Part shown: positions 19,545-28,597 of the stretch, piece after piece
How positions within the stretch are numbered: position 1 is the stretch's first letter
How the letters are laid out: every line of letters begins with the position of its first letter
Assembly (NCBI GenBank): GCA_037308085.1
Contig: CP147779.1
Location: 2,272,001 to 2,336,000, forward strand
Direction: 5' to 3'
Source of the DNA: Promethearchaeati archaeon SRVP18_Atabeyarchaeia-1
GTDB lineage: Archaea > Asgardarchaeota > Atabeyarchaeia > Atabeyarchaeales > Atabeyarchaeaceae
Length of the DNA: 64,000 nt
Made by a program: the position numbers and the translations under genes
Notes under the pieces: model-generated
Told to the model about the DNA's origin: nothing
Databases searched by the model: none
The model's input: the letters and a program-made list of their open reading frames with translations, nothing else

Positions 19545-20333
19545 TCAAATACTATGTTTTTGAGGCACAATCTGCAGGCCCTGTTCACTGGTTATCACGT
19601 ACTCAAGCTCCCTTTCCGGCGTTCGAGTGAATGCCATCTTCTCAATTCGCATCAACCTTTTGAGCACCCCTCTCGCCAAGTTGGTTTCAAGCTTGATTAT
19701 GCCGTCCGCTGCAGCGTTGCACGCGCATAGGACGTTCGCTTCGATAGAACCTGTGTGGGCTACTGCAAGCATCAGATTTCCGTGTCTTCTGGCAGAGTTT
19801 GCAATCATTTGAGCGAGAACGTAGATTGACTTCAGCTCAATGTACGGCGCCATGGAGGAAAATGAGTCGACTACTGAAACTGCTGGAAGTTTGGTAGAGG
19901 CATTCTGCCTGTATGCTTCGATTGTCTTCCTGTTATACTCCTCAAGGAACTTCTTGAGTAGAGCCCTTCTTTCCATGACTCCAGTCTGACCTGGACCCGC
20001 GGAAGCCAAAGAATTGAGGAACGGATGTCCCTCCTGAATGATGAAGTGTTTCGTTTCCATGTAGGGCTTCGCATCGTATCCAAAGCCCTTGAAGTGTTCA
20101 ATTATCCTCTCGGCAGTCTCGTCAAAGCACACGTAGGTTGCAAGGCCGCCTGATACAAGTCTGGACCACACGAATTGAGTGCAGAATGTCGTAGTGCCTG
20201 TTCCTATATCCCCTTGGACGCAGCAGAAAGTTCCTCTGGGGAGTCCTCCACCCAGAATCCTGTCCAATTCGACGATGCCAGAGCGAATCCTCTCGCCTTC
20301 GTCTCCAATTTTGCTCAAGGTTGACACCTTCAT
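19545..20333 (-). CDS. KaiC/RAD55-like RecA-fold ATPase, Walker A lacks Lys
   Basis: SGIVELDRILGGGLPRG, GDIGTGTT, VVDS, ADGIIKL, IEKM. Confidence 0.88.
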   Translation of the reverse strand: MKVSTLSKIGDEGERIRSGIVELDRILGGGLPRGTFCCVQGDIGTGTTTFCTQFVWSRLVSGGLATYVCFDETAERIIEHFKGFGYDAKPYMETKHFIIQEGHPFLNSLASAGPGQTGVMERRALLKKFLEEYNRKTIEAYRQNASTKLPAVSVVDSFSSMAPYIELKSIYVLAQMIANSARRHGNLMLAVAHTGSIEANVLCACNAAADGIIKLETNLARGVLKRLMRIEKMAFTRTPERELEYVITSEQGLQIVPQKHSI

Positions 20334-20468
20334 TTAGTTGCTCCATAAGTGAATGCTACGTCACTTCCAATTAAGAACCGTGACATTTCATTGGTGATGG
20401 GTAGCGCCTGTTGCTCATCCTTTTTGATGAATGCAAGTATTTCTATCAATTAGTGAGAAGGCCGTCCT

Positions 20469-21215
20469 CTATAGGATTTCGATGCCTTCGTCAGTGATTT
20501 CATATTGAAGGATGGGTTCCCTGATCTCTGTGAAACGCATCTTCTCGATTATCATCTCTCTTTGCAGACTGCCTCTAACCCAGTGCATTCTCATTCTGAT
20601 TATTCCGTCAACGTATTGCCTCAAGACCTGTACAAGGTTTCCTTCCAAAGCGCCCTCATGAGCGGTGAAGATCAGGACAAGATTGTTTTCCCTAGCGGAG
20701 TTCTGCGCCGCAAGAATCATTCTGTGGACATCACGAATTCCAATGAAAGGCGAGAGGGATGTTATCGAATCAAGCACAAGGTTGATACCTCTCACATCAT
20801 GCGCCACTTGATCTGAAATACTGAATCTTGTCTCATCGAATATCTTGTCCAGAGGCGGTGCGTCAAATGTTCCTACATCGCTGAAGTCCCGTATCCCCAA
20901 GGCCTCGACCATATAGGCGTAAACATCAAGGAAAAGCAGCTTCTTCTCATCAATCAGGGACCTAATGTCCAGATACTTGAGCGGTTCAAAATGCCTCATG
21001 AAGTGGTCCGGAGGTACGTCTCCCAGGGCAACTACAGTCCTCTTTCCTCGTTGAAGAGACGACACTATAAACTTCTTGCAGAAACTTGTGGTTCCGACGC
21101 CTGGAGGTCCGATGACGGCCGTGATTGATGGTCTAGGCAATCCGCCACCTATCACTTCATCTAGTTTCGGTATTCCTGTGCTCTCCCTCTGCAACATGAG
21201 ATCATACTCCCCCAT
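20469..21215 (-). CDS. KaiC/RAD55-like RecA-fold ATPase, Walker A lacks Lys
   Basis: STGIPKLDEVIGGGLP, GPPGVGTT, VLDS, VDGIIRM, IEKMR. Confidence 0.88.
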   Translation of the reverse strand: MGEYDLMLQRESTGIPKLDEVIGGGLPRPSITAVIGPPGVGTTSFCKKFIVSSLQRGKRTVVALGDVPPDHFMRHFEPLKYLDIRSLIDEKKLLFLDVYAYMVEALGIRDFSDVGTFDAPPLDKIFDETRFSISDQVAHDVRGINLVLDSITSLSPFIGIRDVHRMILAAQNSARENNLVLIFTAHEGALEGNLVQVLRQYVDGIIRMRMHWVRGSLQREMIIEKMRFTEIREPILQYEITDEGIEIL

Positions 21216-21375
21216 CGGACTTATCAGAATGGCAAGGCAACACTCTTAGCCGAAGAAAGTAGCGTGCCCTACCCGCCACCTACTCGAGTCTAAAGGGCAA
21301 CATCAAGTTGTGAATGGAAAGCAATAGGTGCACGACATTAAATACTTTTGTTCAATATCGGGCGAGTTTCGATAA

Positions 21376-21984
21376 TTGGTGGCCGCTGCCGTATTGTGCG
21401 CCCCCCGCCATCAACTTGGTGGCGTCGGACTTCCATGTCTTCATACCCGAATTGTGGAAGTGGAGTGCAACAACGAAAGGTTATATTTCGGGTTAACGCC
21501 ATATATCGATCAAGAGACTCGAATATCGAAGGCAGGGATCTTGATTTTGACAAGCGAGGTTATCGCAACGACGGATTTCCTGAAAGAATTCGAAGCGCGT
21601 TATCCTGATTTACGATTTGACGCAAGCTCCTTGAAGCCGTGGTTCGCGAAAGACAAGAAGCTCTTCCTCGACTGTGGAAAGTCGGAGAGCAAGAATGCAT
21701 GCCTGAAAAAAGTGCTCGCGAGACAGGACCTGGAAGAGTTCTCTGTGCTTTTCATCGTCAAGCAAGAGGATGAGAAGACTGGGAAACCCTTCTACAGCAT
21801 AAATGAATCGAGATTCGTTCGACTTGGCCATGAGAAGCCAGAGGACTTTATCAATAGGTACAACAAGAACCTGAGGGAACCCATGACGCTGAGCATGCAA
21901 CTATTCAACCTCAAGCCAGTGGAACTAGTTGGGTTTAGTTATGTATCTCCGGAGCAAAGAGCCGAGCTACTCAGGAGTATCTGA
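21376..21984 (+). CDS. hypothetical protein (start probably later, near GTG about 21454-21460)
   Basis: globular, charged composition over the last ~170 aa; TATA-like ATTAAATA upstream. Confidence 0.6.
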   Translation: MVAAAVLCAPRHQLGGVGLPCLHTRIVEVECNNERLYFGLTPYIDQETRISKAGILILTSEVIATTDFLKEFEARYPDLRFDASSLKPWFAKDKKLFLDCGKSESKNACLKKVLARQDLEEFSVLFIVKQEDEKTGKPFYSINESRFVRLGHEKPEDFINRYNKNLREPMTLSMQLFNLKPVELVGFSYVSPEQRAELLRSI

Positions 21985-22012
21985 ATAATAGAGCCTCATT
22001 AATTCCGCACAT

Positions 22013-23410
22013 CTAGGGTTTCTGTTGAGGCGTTCTGGTGAGGTCGAAGTAGCCTCTGCCGAACTCCCAGTACTGCTTGTCTTTGTTCCAGTACTTGTAC
22101 AAGCTTTCAGGGATCGCTGCTCCGATGTTTTCAAGGCGATTTGTGACAATTAGGCGATCAGCTCTGTCCCGCAAGCTGCTTTGGATCAGGTAGGATATAG
22201 CTGGAGCAGATTCGGATGGCGCCCTGATCATGAAGATGGCGCCTCTGTCGGTTCTGCTAGCCATGCAGTGCGGGAACTGAGGAAAAACATGGTAGAGGGT
22301 TTCCACGACACGATCATCGCATTCAACGGCAAAGGTAAGAGAGGCCGTTAATCCTAATCCGGCAAACCCGAATGACGGTATGAAGACCCCTGCCCTATTC
22401 AACGAGGTCAACCTCTTTGATATGGTTACTGATGAAAGATTGTAGCCATGCTGTTTCAGAATACTCCTGATCCCAGAGTTCCTCTCTCGTGCATTTCCGT
22501 ACCTGAGGCATGATATTATGAAATCGATCGCGTCGAACTTGATTGGCTTGTCTCCGTACATTGTCTCATTTAGGCGCGGGACGATTCCTTCCTCGCGTTC
22601 TGCGAATCTGAATGAGCCCACCCCGAGGGCATCTTCACTTGGCATCCATCTCTCTCCGTCGAACATCGAAAGATTGCAGGATATCCCGATAGATCTAATC
22701 TCATAAAGTCTGTGATCATCGAAGACCTGATAACTCAGGCTTTTCAGGCCGTCTCTAAACTCTCTTAATGTCCTAGTCTGGCTGGGAACCACAAACGAGG
22801 CCCACATCCACTCTCCTAGCGTGTCTTTGTTGATGGTCAAAGTAAACTCCCTTGAGAGGATAGACCCCTCGAAATCCTCGTTCGGTTTGAAAAAGACTAT
22901 GAAATGCTTCAACTTAAACAAGGGATAGTTCAGGATATTGCCAAAACGAAATTGGATCCTGTCCCTGAGCCGGTAGTAGGCCTCAAAGACACTACTTGTA
23001 GACACAGCGAGCCTACTGGCGAACCAAGTGAAAGTCCTGCTTGGGTTCTCTATGAACTCAACCAAATACCTCCGGTCAGATAGGTTGAGCCTCTTCGTGG
23101 TGAAGAAGCCCCAAGTAAGCACTCTAATGATCTCATGCGGATTTTCGATATGGTACTTCTTCAAGAATTTCATCCTCAGAAGTATCATATCTCTCCTGAC
23201 TGCAGGCGTTTGGAAAGGATCGAAAAGAATCGCCCCCAAGTCTCCCTTCAGCCTTTCCACTTCAGAACTTGAGATTAAGCCATCGCATTTAGCGAAGAAT
23301 AAGGATAACAGGTAGTAGAGCTGCTGCACTTCCTTGTCGCTACACTCAACAAAGAGGTCAGAGTACCGGTGGACTAGTTCTTCTCTACGTCTCTCCAAGG
23401 CTTGAATCAC
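22013..23410 (-). CDS. large transcriptional regulator with tandem Lrp/AsnC-like HTH+RAM modules
   Basis: LNLSDRRYLVEFIENP...FASRLAVSTSSV and FDAIDFII...LSSVTISKRLTSL, each followed by beta/alpha segments. Confidence 0.6.
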   Translation of the reverse strand: MIQALERRREELVHRYSDLFVECSDKEVQQLYYLLSLFFAKCDGLISSSEVERLKGDLGAILFDPFQTPAVRRDMILLRMKFLKKYHIENPHEIIRVLTWGFFTTKRLNLSDRRYLVEFIENPSRTFTWFASRLAVSTSSVFEAYYRLRDRIQFRFGNILNYPLFKLKHFIVFFKPNEDFEGSILSREFTLTINKDTLGEWMWASFVVPSQTRTLREFRDGLKSLSYQVFDDHRLYEIRSIGISCNLSMFDGERWMPSEDALGVGSFRFAEREEGIVPRLNETMYGDKPIKFDAIDFIISCLRYGNARERNSGIRSILKQHGYNLSSVTISKRLTSLNRAGVFIPSFGFAGLGLTASLTFAVECDDRVVETLYHVFPQFPHCMASRTDRGAIFMIRAPSESAPAISYLIQSSLRDRADRLIVTNRLENIGAAIPESLYKYWNKDKQYWEFGRGYFDLTRTPQQKP

Positions 23411-23738
23411 CTTCTTCGAGGAGGACCTACCGACTAGAAGTGTTTTCTTATGGATATAAAACTAGGTATATCGGCTCAATAGGCGACAACCGCTTCTCAA
23501 CCGTCCGCCAAACAAAGCTCATATCGTCTAATACAGCCTATTTTCACCCAAAATAGCTTCTATACTTGCCATCTTAGGATCCATTGTTCCCTAAATCTCC
23601 TTAGCAGCTTCCAATGCCTTCATTCCAGTGCATTTTTGCCGGCTTAAGAATGGGGTCACACATAAACAGATCTCAATAGGAAAAAAAACCTTAGCGGAGG
23701 CATGAGAAGATGGACGGACCAAATGGTGGAATTGTCCC

Positions 23739-24077
23739 ATGGTAGAGAATGCTATGAAGTCTTTTGCATTGGCAGGAACACATGAATTGGATGATAACGG
23801 CGACGTGGTCACTCTCGAAAATGGGCAGATAAAGGACTTCCATCTAATCTCTCCAGAAGCTGATCCTGAGAGAATGCGAGTTGTGGGGGCCCTTGCCGAG
23901 ATGCTCTGTGAACAGATCAAGAAAACCTTCGGCGTAGACAGATTACTGGTGGCTGCTCAGAATCGGGATTTCAAATTGATCATGTTTCCAAGCAAGGATG
24001 GTTTCCTAGTCTGGAAGACGAATCTTGACCTGCAGAGAGTAATGGCGGCCATTGATTCGAACAGAAAGAGTCTGTGA
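23739..24077 (+). CDS. small alpha/beta protein, possibly roadblock/profilin-like fold
   Basis: 112 aa; predicted beta-beta-alpha-beta-beta-beta-alpha pattern. Confidence 0.5.
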   Translation: MVENAMKSFALAGTHELDDNGDVVTLENGQIKDFHLISPEADPERMRVVGALAEMLCEQIKKTFGVDRLLVAAQNRDFKLIMFPSKDGFLVWKTNLDLQRVMAAIDSNRKSL

Positions 24078-24111
24078 AATCCGAATGGGGAAGCAATACT
24101 GGTAAGGTGAT

Positions 24112-24245
24112 GAGACAGCGCGAAGGGGCGAAGGTAGATTTCAGAAACTGGGGGGTTGCCTCACTTGTTGAGGCTAGCTAATTTTGGGGTTAGCTGAGAA
24201 AGAATCGGGTGGCTCCGAAACTCCGCTAAACCTTCCCGCTGTCTC
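24112..24245 (+). ncRNA. candidate structured RNA (long closing stem plus two internal hairpins)
   Basis: GAGACAGCGCGAAGG (24112-26) pairs with CCTTCCCGCTGTCTC (24231-45) at 14 of 15 positions; internal GCCTCA/TGAGGC and AGCTAA/TTAGCT hairpins. Confidence 0.4.
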
Positions 24246-24398
24246 GGAACCTCTTGCTGGCTCTACTTTTTCTTAGCCACCTAGCTCCTCCTGCGTCATG
24301 ATTCTGAAAGGAGCATCAGATTACAGAAGATCAAACATGACATTTATGAAGGTACAAGATTCTCTACAGCTCTTGTGGAAAGAAAGGTGGCGATCAGA

Positions 24399-24698
24399 AT
24401 GACATCTATAACCGAGTTTCAGAGGCTTATGAGGACCCTATACGGGGAGAGAGATTCGGCGCGTGGTCCTCAAGGGACGATGCTTTGGCTCGTCTCAGAA
24501 GTCGGAGAATTCGCTGATGCAATGGTGAAACACAAAACACTTGAATCTCTGAAGGATGAGGCCGCTGACGTGTTAGCCTGGCTCTGCAGCGTATGCAATG
24601 TTCTAGGAATCGACCTTCAGGAATCCGCCACATCAAAGTATGCCAATAAGTCGTGTCCCAAGTGCAGAAGCTCACCGTGCCAGTGCTCATCTGCCTAG
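24399..24698 (+). CDS. MazG-like nucleotide pyrophosphohydrolase
   Basis: LYGERDSARG, WLVSEVGEF, DEAADVLAWL, C-terminal CPKC-x3-PCQC. Confidence 0.9.
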   Translation: MTSITEFQRLMRTLYGERDSARGPQGTMLWLVSEVGEFADAMVKHKTLESLKDEAADVLAWLCSVCNVLGIDLQESATSKYANKSCPKCRSSPCQCSSA

Positions 24699-24885
24699 CC
24701 AAATGCTGCGTCGTCACAGCATTTGCCTGGTCCCCTCATGATTTCGGAATAAGAGAGTTCCATTGTCGCGAGCAAGGAACTCTGCTCTGCAACATGAAAT
24801 CTGCTCTCTTTTCTTATGATGTGGCAAAAAGCTTGGTGTGTAAAGAGGAAGAGTATCTTCTTGTTAACGATGCCCCATGGCACTT

Positions 24886-25470
24886 CTACTTCTCTTCCTC
24901 TGGCGAGTTATTCATCTCTGCTCTTACGAGCAAAGTGAATTTCTCTATGAGATCCGTCGATGTCTGGAGGTTCTTGAGGAGTAGATTCTCTCGCTCCACA
25001 TTCTTGGTTTCTAGTGCGCGCATTAACATATTCATGAGCGCCGTGTTTGACTTGACGTCCTCACTGAGTTCCTTCGTGTTCCTAACAACGGAGCTGAGAA
25101 GATCGGTTGCGCCCTTGACTCGCACATCCAATCCGCTCACCGCGAAGGTCATGTCCTTAATGGACTTGCCGAGAGAGTCGACGGAGTTCTTGATCTCCTT
25201 GAAAGTCAGATTACTAAGGTTCAGTGAGATGTAATCTCCCGATTCCTTCAGGGACTTCACTGCTTGTTGAACTGAGTCCACCATCTCATTGACTCTGATC
25301 GCGGGCGACTCCATTTGCTTCGGGACGCGTTCCTTGAAGAGACTGCTGAGGCTTTCCACCTTCTCCTTCAAGTCCTTTATCGCAAGCGCCAGCACCTCTG
25401 CGGCACTTGGTTTCTCCTTGGATTCATCTTTTCCCATGGATGCGGGCTCAGGCAATGGCATTACACACAC
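24886..25470 (-). CDS. coiled-coil/helical hypothetical protein
   Basis: 194 aa, heptad-rich, no recognisable motif. Confidence 0.7.
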   Translation of the reverse strand: MCVMPLPEPASMGKDESKEKPSAAEVLALAIKDLKEKVESLSSLFKERVPKQMESPAIRVNEMVDSVQQAVKSLKESGDYISLNLSNLTFKEIKNSVDSLGKSIKDMTFAVSGLDVRVKGATDLLSSVVRNTKELSEDVKSNTALMNMLMRALETKNVERENLLLKNLQTSTDLIEKFTLLVRAEMNNSPEEEK

Positions 25471-25650
25471 CTAGCGCAAGGTACCAAAATCGTAGAACTG
25501 AACCGTACTCAGCGCTATTGCTGTTCTCCGGTAGATGCTTCTAAATACTATCTTGATAGCCACACTTATTTATAGGTTTATCAGATACTCTATCAGCGAT
25601 ACCGACGGATCAGCAGAATCGCAGGTGGGTTAGGCTGGAGGGGGAATACC

Positions 25651-25884
25651 GTGGTAATAGCCTACATCATGGGGAAAGTTGAACCTGGAAGCGAGTCTGC
25701 GGTAAGGCATAGGATCTTGAAGCTTGAACATGTAGGGAAAGTCTCCGTTGTCTACGGGGATCTGGATTTTATAGTAGAGGTTGAAGCCAAGGATCTCATA
25801 GATCTGCGAGAGTTAACCGAGTACATTCGGCGAGTGGAGGGCGTTACTAAGACAATAACCTACCTTGTCAGAAAAGAAAGCTAA
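25651..25884 (+). CDS. stand-alone Lrp/AsnC ligand-binding domain protein
   Basis: AYIMGKVEPG...VYGDLDFIVEV...IRRVEGVTKTITY; GGAGG RBS. Confidence 0.9.
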   Translation: MVIAYIMGKVEPGSESAVRHRILKLEHVGKVSVVYGDLDFIVEVEAKDLIDLRELTEYIRRVEGVTKTITYLVRKES

Positions 25885-25891
25885 GCCCATC

Positions 25892-26533
25892 CTACTCTAT
25901 TGAGATCACCACGTCCTCAGGCGCGACCGACTGACCAGCCGACACTTTGACCTCCTTGACTTTGCCGGTATAGGGCGACGTTATTTCGTTGGCCATCTTC
26001 ATGGCTTCGAGGATCAGGACTACTTCTCCTGCCTTTACCGCGTCGCCTTCTTTGACTCTAACGGAGATTATCTTTCCAGGCATAGGGGGTCTTATGATCT
26101 TGCCACCCGTACTTGCCACTCTTGCAGACGGTTTGGGCGCTTGCCCTTCTGCCCCCGCGCCAGCGCCTGCAGTGGTCGCTCTCGCCTCTGAAGCAGATGT
26201 CTGAGTCCCTGCCATGGTGTCAACTCTGATCCGAAAAGGGGCCTCGTTGATTCTCACGTTCAGTGTTTTCCCGTTCTGGACGTTTCTGTCCCCCAGTAAG
26301 ACCTTATACTCTTTCTCATTGACTTTCAGCTTCATTGCTCCGCTGTTCTCGTCCCTTTCAGTGATAGCTACCGAGAACACTTTGCCATCAATGTCCACTG
26401 TCACCGTCGAAGCGTTTGGCTGTAAATTCGGTTGCTTGACATTCACATCGTGCGTCCTGTCGTCGACCGTCATTTTGAATCTCAATGCTTTTTCAGCCTC
26501 CGAAAGTTGACTTGTCCTCTCCACTTCTCTCAT
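25892..26533 (-). CDS. biotin carboxyl carrier protein (1.3S-like)
   Basis: PPMPGKI, biotinylation motif LEAMKMANEI. Confidence 0.93.
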   Translation of the reverse strand: MREVERTSQLSEAEKALRFKMTVDDRTHDVNVKQPNLQPNASTVTVDIDGKVFSVAITERDENSGAMKLKVNEKEYKVLLGDRNVQNGKTLNVRINEAPFRIRVDTMAGTQTSASEARATTAGAGAGAEGQAPKPSARVASTGGKIIRPPMPGKIISVRVKEGDAVKAGEVVLILEAMKMANEITSPYTGKVKEVKVSAGQSVAPEDVVISIE

Positions 26534-28059
26534 AATGTGGTTCTTGATCTTATGAGGTCCTGACGTCCAGCTAGAGCCCAGGGGCTTATGCCAGTTGAAG
26601 ACTTTCTCGCAAGTTTCGGTTCCAGCCCTGAAACTGGGTTCCTATTATTCGTTAGCCGGTCTGCAATTGTCGCCGCGACGGCTGCCAAAGCGTTATCGCT
26701 ACTATTCAGTCCGTTATCTTTCAACTCTCTCATTTCGAAAAACCCTAACGCCACTTGGGGAAACAGTACGAAGGACAGGATGTCTTCCTCGCTCCTAGCC
26801 TTTGCTCCCAGCTCCTTCCGCGCCTTCTCGAATTCCGGCTTGAGCAAGTCAGCGGGTCTACAAGTTATCGGGTCCTCGTTACCGATAACCTTCTTCTTCA
26901 CCTCTTCATCAATTGGTGATGGAGGAGCGCCATAGTACCCCTTGACATACTGCTTCACCTCATTGGGGATAACCTTGTAACGTTCTCCGACGACTACGTT
27001 TAGCACTGCTTGGGTTCCGACTATCTGCGACGTTGGGGTTACAAGAGGAGGATAGCCAAGCTCTCTTCTCACTATAGGAACCTCCTTGAGGACCTCGCCG
27101 AGCTTGCCAAGCGCATTTTGCTCCCTTAGCTGATTGACAAGATTTGTGGTCATGCCGCCAGGTATCTGGTATACGAGCACGTTTGTATCCACGCCAGGTA
27201 GAGTGCTTTCGAACTTCGAGTACTTCTTTCTGATCTCAGCAAAGTAGTCAGCTATCTCATTGAGGAGCGCGAGATCCAAACCGGTGTCTCTGGGAGTGCC
27301 CTTAGCCATGTACACGATTGTCTCAGTTGGGGGTTGAGAAGTGGCCAGCGACATTGAGGATATCGCTGTGTCAATAATGTCGACACCCGCGCCTATTGCC
27401 TCCCAGCATGTTCCGACCGCCATTCCACTTGTGCAGTGAGTGTGCAAGTGGATGGGAAGGTCGATCTCCCTCTTGAGACCCTCGATTAGCGCTCTGGCTT
27501 CTCCAGGAGAGAGAAGACCAGCCATGTCTTTGATGCATATAGTGTCCGCGTCTAGTTCCATGAGCTTCTTCGCGAAGTTGACAAAAAGGTTCACGTCGTG
27601 AACAGGGCTAATAGTATAGGATAGCGCGCCTTCAACCTTTGCTCCAGCCTTCTTAGCCGCCTTCATTGCCTTCTCAAGGTTACGAATGTCGTTGACCGCA
27701 TCGAAAACCCTGAAGACATCTATTCCGTTCTGGGCCGCCTTTGAGACGAATTTCTCCACCACGTCATCTGGATAGTGTCGGTATCCAACTATGTTCTGCC
27801 CACGCAGCAGCATCTGCATCTGAGTGTTCGGCATCGCCTTCCGTAGGCGCCGCAAGCGTTCCCATGGATCTTCATTTAGGAATCTTAGACATGTGTCGAA
27901 GGTTGCTCCGCCCCACATCTCGAGTGACCAGTAGCCTACTTGGTCAAGCTTCTCCGCTACGGGCAACATGTCTTCAGTCCTCATGCGGGTCGCCAGCAGG
28001 GACTGGTGGGCGTCTCTCAGAACAGTGTCAGTTATTCTCAGGGGTGAGCCTGTAGCCAA
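26530..28059 (-). CDS. pyruvate/oxaloacetate carboxyltransferase (transcarboxylase 5S / PycB / OadA family), without a biotinyl domain
   Basis: RDAHQSLLATR, WGGATFD, IKDMAG, HTH metal site, PGGM, LVTPTSQIVG. Confidence 0.93.
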   Translation of the reverse strand: MATGSPLRITDTVLRDAHQSLLATRMRTEDMLPVAEKLDQVGYWSLEMWGGATFDTCLRFLNEDPWERLRRLRKAMPNTQMQMLLRGQNIVGYRHYPDDVVEKFVSKAAQNGIDVFRVFDAVNDIRNLEKAMKAAKKAGAKVEGALSYTISPVHDVNLFVNFAKKLMELDADTICIKDMAGLLSPGEARALIEGLKREIDLPIHLHTHCTSGMAVGTCWEAIGAGVDIIDTAISSMSLATSQPPTETIVYMAKGTPRDTGLDLALLNEIADYFAEIRKKYSKFESTLPGVDTNVLVYQIPGGMTTNLVNQLREQNALGKLGEVLKEVPIVRRELGYPPLVTPTSQIVGTQAVLNVVVGERYKVIPNEVKQYVKGYYGAPPSPIDEEVKKKVIGNEDPITCRPADLLKPEFEKARKELGAKARSEEDILSFVLFPQVALGFFEMRELKDNGLNSSDNALAAVAATIADRLTNNRNPVSGLEPKLARKSSTGISPWALAGRQDLIRSRTTL

Positions 28060-28248
28060 GATGATCCACCTCTAGTAAACAGAAAGACGTTGCGATCCAA
28101 GTCAAACTCATCGGAAGTTCAAGAGAAAGTAGGAGATTACTTGTGTTATTTATATCTTTAGCAGCAGATCAAGTCACATTGATGACGCAGACTTCGTCAA
28201 TTCTCATGCTCTAGCTTAATAAGACAGCTCCAGGAATCACAAATACCT

Positions 28249-28536
28249 ATGAAAGCATACAAATGCTCCCAATGCGGAGGCGAGATGTGTGCCTCGACGG
28301 GGCCGCTTCACCCAATGGAGGCCATTGCCGAAGATATGCTGGAGCAGGGAGTAATCTTCCGGTGTTCTGGCTGCTCTTTGTATTTGACAAGCGCATCTGG
28401 CATCGAATGCCCGACGTGTGGGAGGAAGACGCTGACTGCATCACTCGATGAGAGTCCTAAACGCGGCTCGCCAAATGCGAGGAAAGCAACTGGAGCGGTT
28501 ACATGCCAGTCTTGCGGTTGGCGGCAGAAACTATGA
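28249..28536 (+). CDS. small multi-Zn-ribbon protein
   Basis: four CxxC pairs (CSQC, CSGC, CPTC, CQSC). Confidence 0.7.
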   Translation: MKAYKCSQCGGEMCASTGPLHPMEAIAEDMLEQGVIFRCSGCSLYLTSASGIECPTCGRKTLTASLDESPKRGSPNARKATGAVTCQSCGWRQKL

Positions 28537-28597
28537 TTATTGCGGATGTGAAGCTTCCGGCGTTCCTCGTCCATATTCTGGAGGCAGTGGGGGAGTG

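Noticed and set aside
24653-25234. 193-aa plus-strand ORF and 62-aa ORF 24695-24883
   Set aside because: The first is antisense to the coiled-coil gene; the second is short with no supporting features.
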